DNA of 64,000 nucleotides from an uncultured Acidobacteriota bacterium (GTDB lineage Bacteria; Acidobacteriota; Thermoanaerobaculia; Thermoanaerobaculales; Thermoanaerobaculaceae), in the NCBI GenBank assembly GCA_963751245.1, contig CAVVTR010000003.1:15929-79928 (forward strand), in the 5' to 3' direction. Positions 56,467-64,000 of this stretch are shown one piece after another; the first letter of the stretch is position 1; the number at the start of each line of letters is the position of its first letter. Both the position numbers and the translations under genes were made by a program. Below the pieces are notes generated by a model, which saw only the letters and a program-made list of their open reading frames with translations, was not told where the DNA came from and did not search any database.

Positions 56467-57914
56467 CCGACCCCCAACGCCCCCAGAGTGACCTTCGCCG
56501 CGGCGGCGAAGGGCGCCGGGTAGAGCCCGATCACCAGCACGGCCACGGCGCACATCGCCACGACGGCGTCGGTCCACGGCGCCACGACCAGCGTGGCCGG
56601 CTCGACGCCCTCCCCGTCCCGGAGGTACATCTGCAGCACGATGCGGAAGTAGTAGTACAGGGAGACCGCCGACATCAGCACGCCCACCACCGCGAGCCAG
56701 ATATAGCCCGCGTGCACCGCCGCGGCGAACAGGTAGAGCTTACCCATGAACCCCGCCGTGGGCGGGATGCCTCCAAGGGACAGCAGGAACACCAGCATGC
56801 CGAAGGCGGCCAGGGGATGGGAGCGGGCGAGCCCGGCGTAGTCCTCCACCTTCTCCCCCGCGTAGCCCCTGGACTCGAGCAGCACCACGAAGCCGAAGGC
56901 GCCCACGTTGGTGATGGTGTAGACCAGCATGTAGAACAGGACGCTCTGCAGCCCCAGCGCACCTCCGGCCACCAGCCCGAGGAGCGCGTAGCCGGCGTGG
57001 GCGATGGAGGAGTAGGCCAGCATGCGCTTCACGTTGCTCTGCGTGAGCGCCGCCACGTTGCCCCAGATCATGGTCAGCGCGGCGGCAACGCCGATGAACC
57101 AGATCCACGAGGACGCCAGCGGGGCGAACGCCACCAGGAACACCCTGAGGAAGATGGCGAACGCGGCCGCCTTCGGACCCACCGACATGAACGCGGTGAT
57201 GGGGGTGGGAGCACCCTCGTAGACGTCCGGGGTCCACATGTGGAACGGCACCGCGGCCACCTTGAACAGGAAGCCGCAGGCCATGAGCGCGACCCCGACC
57301 AGCGCCGGCGTGGGGGCGCCGCCCGCGGCGAGGCGCGACGCGATGGTCGCCAGGTCCAGCGAGCCCGTCGCGCCGTAGACCAGCGAGAGACCGTACAGGA
57401 GCACGCCCGACGACAGCGCTCCGAGCACGAAGTACTTGGCGGCGGCCTCGTTGGACTTGACCTCGCGGCGGAAGTAGCCGGCCAGGATGTAGGTCGACAG
57501 CGCCATGAGCTCCAGCCCCACGTAGATCGGGGCGAGGTTGTCCCCCGACGCCATCACCATCATGCCCACGGTGGCGAAGAGCACCAGGGAGTGGTACTCC
57601 CCGGGACGGTAGTCGTAGCGCTTCAGGTAGGCGAGCGACAGCAGGAGCGCCAGCGCCGACGAGAGCAGGAAGAGCGCCTTGAAGAAGACGGCGAAGTGGT
57701 CGAGGACGAACATCCCCGAGAAGAAGGTGGCGCCCGCCGGGGAGCGGCCGGCCACCGCGGCCAGGACCACTCCGGTCACGGCCAGCGAGGCGACGGCCAG
57801 CGCCCCCAGGGCCCGGTGCGTGCTGCGGCCGGTGGCGAGGCCGGCGACCAGCACCACCATGGCCAGCGTGGTGAGCACCAGCTCCGGTGCGAGGGCGACG
57901 AGATCGGCAACCAT
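56463..57914 (-). CDS. nuoN: NADH-quinone oxidoreductase subunit N
   Basis: 483-aa antiporter-like subunit (..HMWTPDVYEGAPTPITAF..MLAYSSIAHAGY..), last in nuoH-N order. Confidence 0.9.
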   Translation of the reverse strand: MVADLVALAPELVLTTLAMVVLVAGLATGRSTHRALGALAVASLAVTGVVLAAVAGRSPAGATFFSGMFVLDHFAVFFKALFLLSSALALLLSLAYLKRYDYRPGEYHSLVLFATVGMMVMASGDNLAPIYVGLELMALSTYILAGYFRREVKSNEAAAKYFVLGALSSGVLLYGLSLVYGATGSLDLATIASRLAAGGAPTPALVGVALMACGFLFKVAAVPFHMWTPDVYEGAPTPITAFMSVGPKAAAFAIFLRVFLVAFAPLASSWIWFIGVAAALTMIWGNVAALTQSNVKRMLAYSSIAHAGYALLGLVAGGALGLQSVLFYMLVYTITNVGAFGFVVLLESRGYAGEKVEDYAGLARSHPLAAFGMLVFLLSLGGIPPTAGFMGKLYLFAAAVHAGYIWLAVVGVLMSAVSLYYYFRIVLQMYLRDGEGVEPATLVVAPWTDAVVAMCAVAVLVIGLYPAPFAAAAKVTLGALGVG

Positions 57915-57924
57915 CGGCGGCTCC

Positions 57925-59523
57925 TCACTGCTCCGCGTGATCGCCCGCGGCGGCCGGGGCGGGTGCGGTGGGCAGCTGCGCCATGGGCCGGTTCAGGTAG
58001 CCGGGCTCCACGGCCTGCACCACCCGCTGGATGGAGGGCTCCATGATGCGGAAGAACGGCTTGGGGTACAGGCCGATCCAGAAGCACAGGATGATCAGCG
58101 GGATCAGCGTCCACTGCTCGCGCAGCGAGGCGTCCTTGAGCTTGGTGTTCTCCTCGTGGGTGATCTCCCCGAAGAAGACGCGCTGGTAAAGCCACAGCAT
58201 GTAGCCGGCCCCCAGCACGATACCGGTGGCCGCCAGCACCGCCCACAGGGCGGAGCGGTTGAACGCGCCCACCAGGATGGTGAACTCGCCGATGAAGCCG
58301 TTGAGGGTCGGCAGGCCGATCGAGGCCATGGTGATGATCATGAACAGCATGGCGTACACCGGCATCACCTTCGCGATGCCCCCGTACTCGGAGATCATCC
58401 TCGTGTGCCGGCGCTCGTAGACGATGCCGACGAGGAGGAAGAGCCCGCCGGTGGAAAGGCCGTGGTTGATCATCTGCAGCACCGAGCCCGACAGCCCCTG
58501 CGGGTTGAGGGCGAACATGCCCAGCATGACGAAGCCCAGGTGGGACACCGACGAGTAGGCCACCAGCTTCTTCATGTCCTTCTGGGCCATGGCCACCAGC
58601 GCCCCGTAGATGATGCCGGTGATCGCCAGCGCGACGACCCACGGCACCGCCTTGCGCGTCGCCTCGGGCAGCAGCGGCAGCGAGAACCGGATGAAGCCGT
58701 ACGTGCCCATCTTCAGCAGGACGCCGGCGAGGATCACCGATCCGGCGGTGGGTGCTTCGACGTGGGCGTCGGGAAGCCAGGTGTGGAACGGGAACATGGG
58801 GACCTTGATGGCGAAGCCGATGAAGAACGCCAGGAAGATCCACATCTGCAGCCCGCCCGGGATGTGCGGCGCGATGGTGTACAGGTGCGTCAGGTCGAAG
58901 GAGGGCGCGTTGCCCAGGCCCGGCAGCCCCACCGCGGTGAGGCCGGTGGAGTTGTAGAAGTACAGCGCCAGGATGCCGACCAGCATGAGCACCGAGCCGA
59001 ACAGGGTGTACAGGAAGAACTTGATCGCCGCGTACAGCTTGCGGGGACCGCCCCAGACCCCGATGAGGAAGTACATGGGGACGAGCATGACCTCCCAGAA
59101 CACGTAGAAGAGCACGAAGTCCAGGGACATGAAGACCCCGAGCATGCCCGTCTGCAGGACCAGGAGGAAGACGTAGTACTCCTTCTGGCGCTCCTTGATG
59201 GCCGAGTACGAGGAGTACACGGCGATCAGGCCCAGCAGCGTCGTGAGCAGGATGAGCAGGACGGAGATGCCGTCGACGCCGAAGAAGTACCTCGCCCCGA
59301 TGGAGGGGATCCAGTCATGGCTGTAGGTGAACTGGAACGCGGCTCCCTGTGGGTCGTAGAGGAACCACAGCGGGAGCGAGACCAGGAAGTCCAGCCCGGC
59401 GACGACCGTCGCCGCCACCTTGATCGCCCTCGCCTGATCGCGCTTGAGGAAGAAGACGATGAAGAGCGCGCCCAGGAGCGGCACGTAACAGATGATGTTC
59501 AGCAGGTTGGTTGCAAACCCCAT
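57925..59523 (-). CDS. nuoM: NADH-quinone oxidoreductase subunit M
   Basis: 532 aa. FHTWLPDAHVEAPTAGSVILAGVLLKMG and KKLVAYSSVSHLGF. Confidence 0.9.
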   Translation of the reverse strand: MGFATNLLNIICYVPLLGALFIVFFLKRDQARAIKVAATVVAGLDFLVSLPLWFLYDPQGAAFQFTYSHDWIPSIGARYFFGVDGISVLLILLTTLLGLIAVYSSYSAIKERQKEYYVFLLVLQTGMLGVFMSLDFVLFYVFWEVMLVPMYFLIGVWGGPRKLYAAIKFFLYTLFGSVLMLVGILALYFYNSTGLTAVGLPGLGNAPSFDLTHLYTIAPHIPGGLQMWIFLAFFIGFAIKVPMFPFHTWLPDAHVEAPTAGSVILAGVLLKMGTYGFIRFSLPLLPEATRKAVPWVVALAITGIIYGALVAMAQKDMKKLVAYSSVSHLGFVMLGMFALNPQGLSGSVLQMINHGLSTGGLFLLVGIVYERRHTRMISEYGGIAKVMPVYAMLFMIITMASIGLPTLNGFIGEFTILVGAFNRSALWAVLAATGIVLGAGYMLWLYQRVFFGEITHEENTKLKDASLREQWTLIPLIILCFWIGLYPKPFFRIMEPSIQRVVQAVEPGYLNRPMAQLPTAPAPAAAGDHAEQ

Positions 59524-59533
59524 TGCATCCCCC

Positions 59534-61627
59534 TCAGAAGGCGCGGCTCAGAAGGAGCGCCGCAGCGACCATCAGCAAGAAGCCCACGGCCATGATCAGC
59601 GCGTAGCCCTGCACCACGCCGCGCTGGAGGCGGCGGAGCCCCCGGCTCCCCGCGTCGTACACCTTGGCCACCAGGTTGACCAGGCCGTCGACCACGTTGA
59701 GGTCGAACAACCCCGACAGGAAGGACGCCCCCACCGTCACGTGGCGCGAGCCGTTGACGGCGCCGTCCACCACACGGGCGTCGAAGTCCCACGACGCCCG
59801 GGCCAGCTTCATCGTGCCGGCCACGGCGGTGGCGTTGTAGAGCTCGTCCACGTAGTACTTGTTGAGGAGCACCCGGTAGCCGAACGGGAAGCGCTCGGCG
59901 AGGGTGTGCGGGATCTCGAACGCCCGCTTCCCCAGGTAGAACTTCCACGCCAGGAACACTCCCGTGAGCGCCACGCCCAGCGAGATCACCATCAGGAGCA
60001 TCTCGGTCCCGAACCCCAGGGCCACGTGCTCGGCGGCTGCGGCGGCGTGGGTGTCCACGCCGACCCGGACCACCACGCTGCTCAGGAAGTGGTCGAAGAA
60101 GTTCCACTCCTCCTTGGGGAAGCCCAGGAAACCCACCACCACCGACCCCACGCCCAGGACGACGAGGGGCAGCGTCATGGTCCACGGCGACTCGTGGAGG
60201 TGGTGCTTCTGCTCCTCCGTGCCGCGGAAGGAGCCGTGGAACGTCATGTACACGGCGCGGAACATGTACAGCGCCGTGAGCAGGGCGCCCGCCACGGCCA
60301 GGAACCACAGCACGTAGTGCACGTTCCCGAAGTGGTGCAGGTCGCCGTGGCCGGCCTCGAAGGTCTTCTCGAGGATGGCGTCCTTGGAGAAGAACCCGGC
60401 GAACGGCACGATCCCGGCGATGGCCAGCGTCGCCGCCAGGAACGTCCAGTAGGTCTTCGGCATGACCTTCTTGAGCCCGCCCATCTTCCGCATGTCCTGC
60501 TCGCCGCCCATGGCGTGGATCACCGAGCCCGAGCCGAGGAACAGGCAGGCCTTGAAGAAGGCGTGGGTGAAGACGTGGAAGATGGCGGCGGCGAACGCCC
60601 CCACCCCGGCGCCCAGGAACATGTAGCCGAGCTGGGACACCGTGGAGTACGCCAGGACCTTCTTGATGTCGTTCTGGGCCAGGCCGATGGTGGCGGCGAA
60701 CACGGCCGTGAGGCCGCCGATGATGGCCACCACCAGCATGGCCTTGGGCGCCAGGGCGTAGATGAAGTTGGTGCGCACCACCATGTACACGCCGGCGGTC
60801 ACCATGGTGGCCGCGTGGATGAGGGCGGACACCGGCGTGGGACCCGCCATGGCGTCGGGCAGCCAGACGTACAGCGGAAGCTGCGCCGACTTGCCCACCG
60901 CGCCCACGAACAGGAGCAGCGCGATGGGGGTGGCGTAGGCCACGTAGCGGGCCGGGTCGGCGGTGATGGCGCCCTGCATGGCGGCGAAGTCCACCGTGCC
61001 GAACACCTTCACGACCAGGAAGATGGCGAGGAGGAAGCCGAAGTCGCCGATGCGATTGACGATGAACGCCTTCTTGCCCGCGGCGGCGCACCAGTCCTTC
61101 TCGAAGTAGAACCCGATGAGCAGGTACGAGCACAGCCCCACGCCCTCCCAGCCCACGAACAGCACCAGCAGGTTGGCGCCGAGGACCAGCGTGAGCATGG
61201 CGAACATGAACAGGTTCAGGTAGGCGAAGTAGCGCGAGTACGCCCGGTCGCTCTCCCCGTGCATGTACCCCACGGAGTAGAGGTGGATCAAAAAGCCCAC
61301 GAAGGTGACGAAGAACAGCATCACCGCCGACAGCGAGTCGATGCGCAGGGCGAAGTCGACCTGCAGGTTGGCGAGGAGCCCGTCGGTGGTGAGCCCGAGC
61401 CCCGCCGGGATCCAGGTGAACAGGCGCAGCACGTGGACGCCGTGCATACCCACCGAGAGCCACCAGTCGGCGATGGCGCCGAAGGCGGCGAGCATGGCGA
61501 GCCCCGAGCCCAGCATGCCCACGATGGTGGTGGCGTGCTTGGACCAGCCGCGGCGGTTGCCCACCAGGCCGTTGACCATCGCGCCGAGCAGGGGGATGAC
61601 AGGGATCAGCCAGAGAAGATCTTTCAT
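59534..61627 (-). CDS. nuoL: NADH-quinone oxidoreductase subunit L
   Basis: 697 aa. GWEGVGLCSYLLIGF, WLPDAMAGPTPVSALIHAATMVTAGVY, and a long C-terminal lateral-helix region. Confidence 0.9.
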   Translation of the reverse strand: MKDLLWLIPVIPLLGAMVNGLVGNRRGWSKHATTIVGMLGSGLAMLAAFGAIADWWLSVGMHGVHVLRLFTWIPAGLGLTTDGLLANLQVDFALRIDSLSAVMLFFVTFVGFLIHLYSVGYMHGESDRAYSRYFAYLNLFMFAMLTLVLGANLLVLFVGWEGVGLCSYLLIGFYFEKDWCAAAGKKAFIVNRIGDFGFLLAIFLVVKVFGTVDFAAMQGAITADPARYVAYATPIALLLFVGAVGKSAQLPLYVWLPDAMAGPTPVSALIHAATMVTAGVYMVVRTNFIYALAPKAMLVVAIIGGLTAVFAATIGLAQNDIKKVLAYSTVSQLGYMFLGAGVGAFAAAIFHVFTHAFFKACLFLGSGSVIHAMGGEQDMRKMGGLKKVMPKTYWTFLAATLAIAGIVPFAGFFSKDAILEKTFEAGHGDLHHFGNVHYVLWFLAVAGALLTALYMFRAVYMTFHGSFRGTEEQKHHLHESPWTMTLPLVVLGVGSVVVGFLGFPKEEWNFFDHFLSSVVVRVGVDTHAAAAAEHVALGFGTEMLLMVISLGVALTGVFLAWKFYLGKRAFEIPHTLAERFPFGYRVLLNKYYVDELYNATAVAGTMKLARASWDFDARVVDGAVNGSRHVTVGASFLSGLFDLNVVDGLVNLVAKVYDAGSRGLRRLQRGVVQGYALIMAVGFLLMVAAALLLSRAF

Positions 61628-61636
61628 CGCGTCACC

Positions 61637-61939
61637 TCAACCCTGCATGACGTCGGCCTGGTCCACGTACACCGTCTGCTTGAGGCGGACGAGCGCGAGC
61701 AGGATGCCCAGGCCGATGGCGGCCTCCGCGGCCGCGATGGTGATCACGAAGACGGCGAACACCTGCCCCGTGAGGTTCCCGAGCTGGCCGGAAAAGGCGA
61801 TGAAGTTGATGTTGGCCGCGTTGAGGATGAGCTCCACGCACATCAGGACGGTGATGAAGTTGCGGCGCACCACCATGCCGATCACGCCGACGCCGAAGAG
61901 GATGAGCGAGAGCACGAGGTAGTGGGAGGTGGTGATCAT
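61637..61939 (-). CDS. nuoK: NADH-quinone oxidoreductase subunit K
   Basis: Real part of track ORF 61637..62149, from ATG 61939. MITTSHYLVLSLILFGVGVIG..CVELILNAANINF..AAAEAAIGL. 100 aa. Confidence 0.9.
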   Translation of the reverse strand: MITTSHYLVLSLILFGVGVIGMVVRRNFITVLMCVELILNAANINFIAFSGQLGNLTGQVFAVFVITIAAAEAAIGLGILLALVRLKQTVYVDQADVMQG

Positions 61940-62496
61940 GCGTCCTCCTTCGGGGCGTGGCCGAGCTCCCTGCGGCCCATGACGATGGCGCCGATCATGG
62001 CGACCAGGAGCACCACGGAGACCACCTCGAAGGGCAGCAGGTACTGGCGGTACAGGCTCCAGCCCACGGCCTCGGTGTTCCCCATGACCTGCCCGTTGAC
62101 CTCCACCAGCGCAGTGGTGTTGGCGATGCCGTGCTGCGCCACCGACCACACCCCCGAGCCGACCATCACCGCGAGGACCGCGGCCACGACCACGGCCGCG
62201 GGGACGAGGCGGCGGAGGTACTGCGGCTCCTCCGGGAGCCGGCCCACGTTGACGAGCATGATCACGAACAGAAACAGCACCATCACGCCGCCGGCGTAGA
62301 CGAGGATCTGCACGGCGGCGAGGAACTCCGCGTGCTGCACCACGAACAGCGCGGCCACGGCGAGGAAGGTGGCCAGGAGCGAGAGCGCCGCGTGTACCGG
62401 GTTGCGGAGGGCGACGACGCCCACCGCCCCGGCGACGGAGACCGCGCCGACGGCGTAAAAGACGATGAGGGCGAAGTGGGCTGCCAGCCAGTCCAT
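61936..62496 (-). CDS. nuoJ: NADH-quinone oxidoreductase subunit J
   Basis: Real part of track ORF 61936..62874, from ATG 62496 (MDWLAAHFALIVFY..NPVHAALSLL..QILVYAGGVMVLFLFVIML). ATGA overlap with nuoK. Confidence 0.9.
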   Translation of the reverse strand: MDWLAAHFALIVFYAVGAVSVAGAVGVVALRNPVHAALSLLATFLAVAALFVVQHAEFLAAVQILVYAGGVMVLFLFVIMLVNVGRLPEEPQYLRRLVPAAVVVAAVLAVMVGSGVWSVAQHGIANTTALVEVNGQVMGNTEAVGWSLYRQYLLPFEVVSVVLLVAMIGAIVMGRRELGHAPKEDA

Positions 62497-62501
62497 CGCT
62501 G

Positions 62502-63041
62502 CTACTCCCCCTTCTTCGACGGCGCGGCTCCGGTCGGATCCTTGGGGAGCATGCCGGCGTTGGGCCGCAGCACCCCGGGGAAGGGGCTGACCCCGTCCCA
62601 GCTCTGCAGCCGCTCCTTGGTGAAGTAGAGCCGCTCGTTCCGCTCGTACGCAGCGGTCTCGTAGCTCCTGGTGGTGAGCCAGATGGCCACCGGGTCCGTG
62701 GGGCAGGCTTCCTCGCACAGCCCGCAGAACATGCACCGCTTGACGTCGATGTCGTAGCGGTCGAGGACCTTCTTCTTGCGCTTCTTGCCCTCGACCTCGT
62801 ACTCCTCGAAGTGGTCGGTGATGTGGATGATGTCGATGGGGCAGGCCTTGGCGCAGGCGTGGCAGACGATGCACCGCTCCTCCGAGAAGCCGAACATCCC
62901 CCGGAACCGGTCGGTGGGCGTCAGCTTGACCTCGGGGTACTGCACCGTGGCCTTCTTGCGGAACAGGTACTTGCCGGTGATTCCCAGACCCTTGACCAGG
63001 TCGAAGGGCACCACCGACGCGATGAGTCCCCAGAGGCTCAT
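62502..63041 (-). CDS. nuoI: NADH-quinone oxidoreductase subunit I (2x[4Fe-4S])
   Basis: Real part of track ORF 62502..63899, from ATG 63041. CIVCHACAKACP and CMFCGLCEEACP ferredoxin motifs. Confidence 0.9.
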   Translation of the reverse strand: MSLWGLIASVVPFDLVKGLGITGKYLFRKKATVQYPEVKLTPTDRFRGMFGFSEERCIVCHACAKACPIDIIHITDHFEEYEVEGKKRKKKVLDRYDIDVKRCMFCGLCEEACPTDPVAIWLTTRSYETAAYERNERLYFTKERLQSWDGVSPFPGVLRPNAGMLPKDPTGAAPSKKGE

Positions 63042-64000
63042 CGTGGACCTCCCAGCAGGAGCACGCCCAGCGCGACCGCGACCAGGTTGACGAGGCTGAC
63101 AGGGATCAGCACCTTCCAGCCCAGCCGCATGAGCTGGTCGAAGCGGTAGCGCGGGAACGTCCCCCGGAACCAGATGTAGAGGAACAGGAACACCCCCACC
63201 TTCAGGGCGAACCAGATGAACGGCGGTACCACGTCGAGGAACGCGAGGGCGTGGACGTTGGGGAACGGCCGCAGCCATCCGCCGAAGAACAGCACCGTCG
63301 CCACCGACGAGATCACCACCATGTTGGCGTACTCGGCGAGGAAGAAGAAGGCGAACTTCATCCCCGAGTACTCGGTGTGGAAGCCGGCCACCAGCTCCGA
63401 CTCGGCCTCGGGCAGGTCGAAGGGGTTGCGGTTGGTCTCCGCCACGCCGCACACGAAGTAGATGAACAGCGCGACGATGCCGGGCACGAAGTACCACACC
63501 CCCGCCGCCTGCTGCGCCTCGACGATCTTGACGAGGGACAGCGAGTTGGCCATGAGCACCACCGACACCACCGCGAACCCCATGGGGATCTCGTAGGAGA
63601 TGAGCTGCGCCGCGGAGCGCAGGCCGCCCATGAGGGAGAACTTGTTGTCCGAGGACCAGCCGCCGAGGATGACTCCGTACACGCCCACCGAGGACACCCC
63701 GAGGATGAACAGGATGCCGACGTTGATGTCGGTGAGGCGCAGGATGTCGGTGGGGCCGAAGGGGATCACCGAGAAGACCACCAGGGCCGGCACGATGATG
63801 AGCCCCGGCGCGATGTAGAAGACCAGCTTGCGCGCGCGGGCCGGGACCACGTCCTCCTTGACGAACAGCTTCAGCGAGTCGGCGATGGGCTGCAGCCACC
63901 CCTTGGGCCCGACGCGGTTGGGGCCGAGGCGGATCTGCAGGTAGGCGAGGATCTTGCGCTCGGCGAAGGTGAGGTAGGCCGCGAGCAGGATGAGAACCGC
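63038..64000 (-). CDS. nuoH: NADH-quinone oxidoreductase subunit H (5' end beyond window)
   Basis: The frame stays open to the window end. Reverse translation of 63851-64000 gives ..LTFAERKILAYLQIRLGPNRVGPKGWLQPIADSLKLFVKEDVVP, the canonical NuoH N-terminal region. ATGA overlap with nuoI. Confidence 0.9.
   Translation of the reverse strand, partial: AVLILLAAYLTFAERKILAYLQIRLGPNRVGPKGWLQPIADSLKLFVKEDVVPARARKLVFYIAPGLIIVPALVVFSVIPFGPTDILRLTDINVGILFILGVSSVGVYGVILGGWSSDNKFSLMGGLRSAAQLISYEIPMGFAVVSVVLMANSLSLVKIVEAQQAAGVWYFVPGIVALFIYFVCGVAETNRNPFDLPEAESELVAGFHTEYSGMKFAFFFLAEYANMVVISSVATVLFFGGWLRPFPNVHALAFLDVVPPFIWFALKVGVFLFLYIWFRGTFPRYRFDQLMRLGWKVLIPVSLVNLVAVALGVLLLGGPR

Overview
High-GC (about 70% or more by eye) bacterial chromosomal segment with diderm-type content: RND/MFP/OMF efflux, an OprB-like porin and complex I. 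I call 53 protein-coding features. Two of them have broken reading frames, and a third may have lost its N-terminus the same way. I saw no rRNA, tRNA, CRISPR array, transposase, integrase or phage gene. Most long ORFs in the track are antisense shadow ORFs typical of high-GC DNA; I chose real frames by recognisable motifs, very high GC3 and plausible SD/start context.

Layout:
- purF(5' part)-DHH-MgtC/DUF4010, then a ferritin-like gene and an aminotransferase::HprK-like fusion, then flotillin (all minus strand).
- Hybrid PAS kinase, histidine phosphatase, crcB, DUF190 (plus).
- GNAT (minus).
- PEPCK-like, cstA, small ORF, ArsA-like ATPase, VOC, beta-propeller (plus).
- Aminotransferase + GshA-like::M20 fusion (minus), divergent from a GT4 glycosyltransferase (plus).
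- A ~400-bp lower-GC structured spacer.
- tetR-MFP-RND::OMF, metY-hom-ALDH, DUF2147, porin, mscL (minus).
- KS + CLF-like pair (plus), Mut7-C (minus), DUF465-psd-pssA-ASADH-like (plus).
- A long minus-strand block: hypothetical, NtrY-like kinase, hutU, GHMP kinase, M23 peptidase, ECF sigma, then nuoH-N running without a break into atpZ-atpI-atpB-atpE.

Best candidate for an undescribed system: the GT4 / aminotransferase / glutamate-cysteine-ligase-like::M20-deacylase module at 20.1-25.8 kb. It could be a mycothiol/bacillithiol-style or gamma-glutamyl pathway built from non-homologous parts. This is inference only.

Other unusual architectures:
- An aspartate-aminotransferase fused to an HPr-kinase/PEPCK-fold domain.
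- An in-frame RND pump::outer-membrane-factor fusion.
- An orphan KS/CLF(Cys->Gln) pair.
- A three-way-junction leader upstream of metY.

Caveat: two clear indel-type frame breaks (cstA and the NtrY-like kinase at a C8 run) plus one suspected break at a (GGC)n run suggest assembly indel errors. Each fusion needs read-level confirmation, the RND::OMF fusion most of all.
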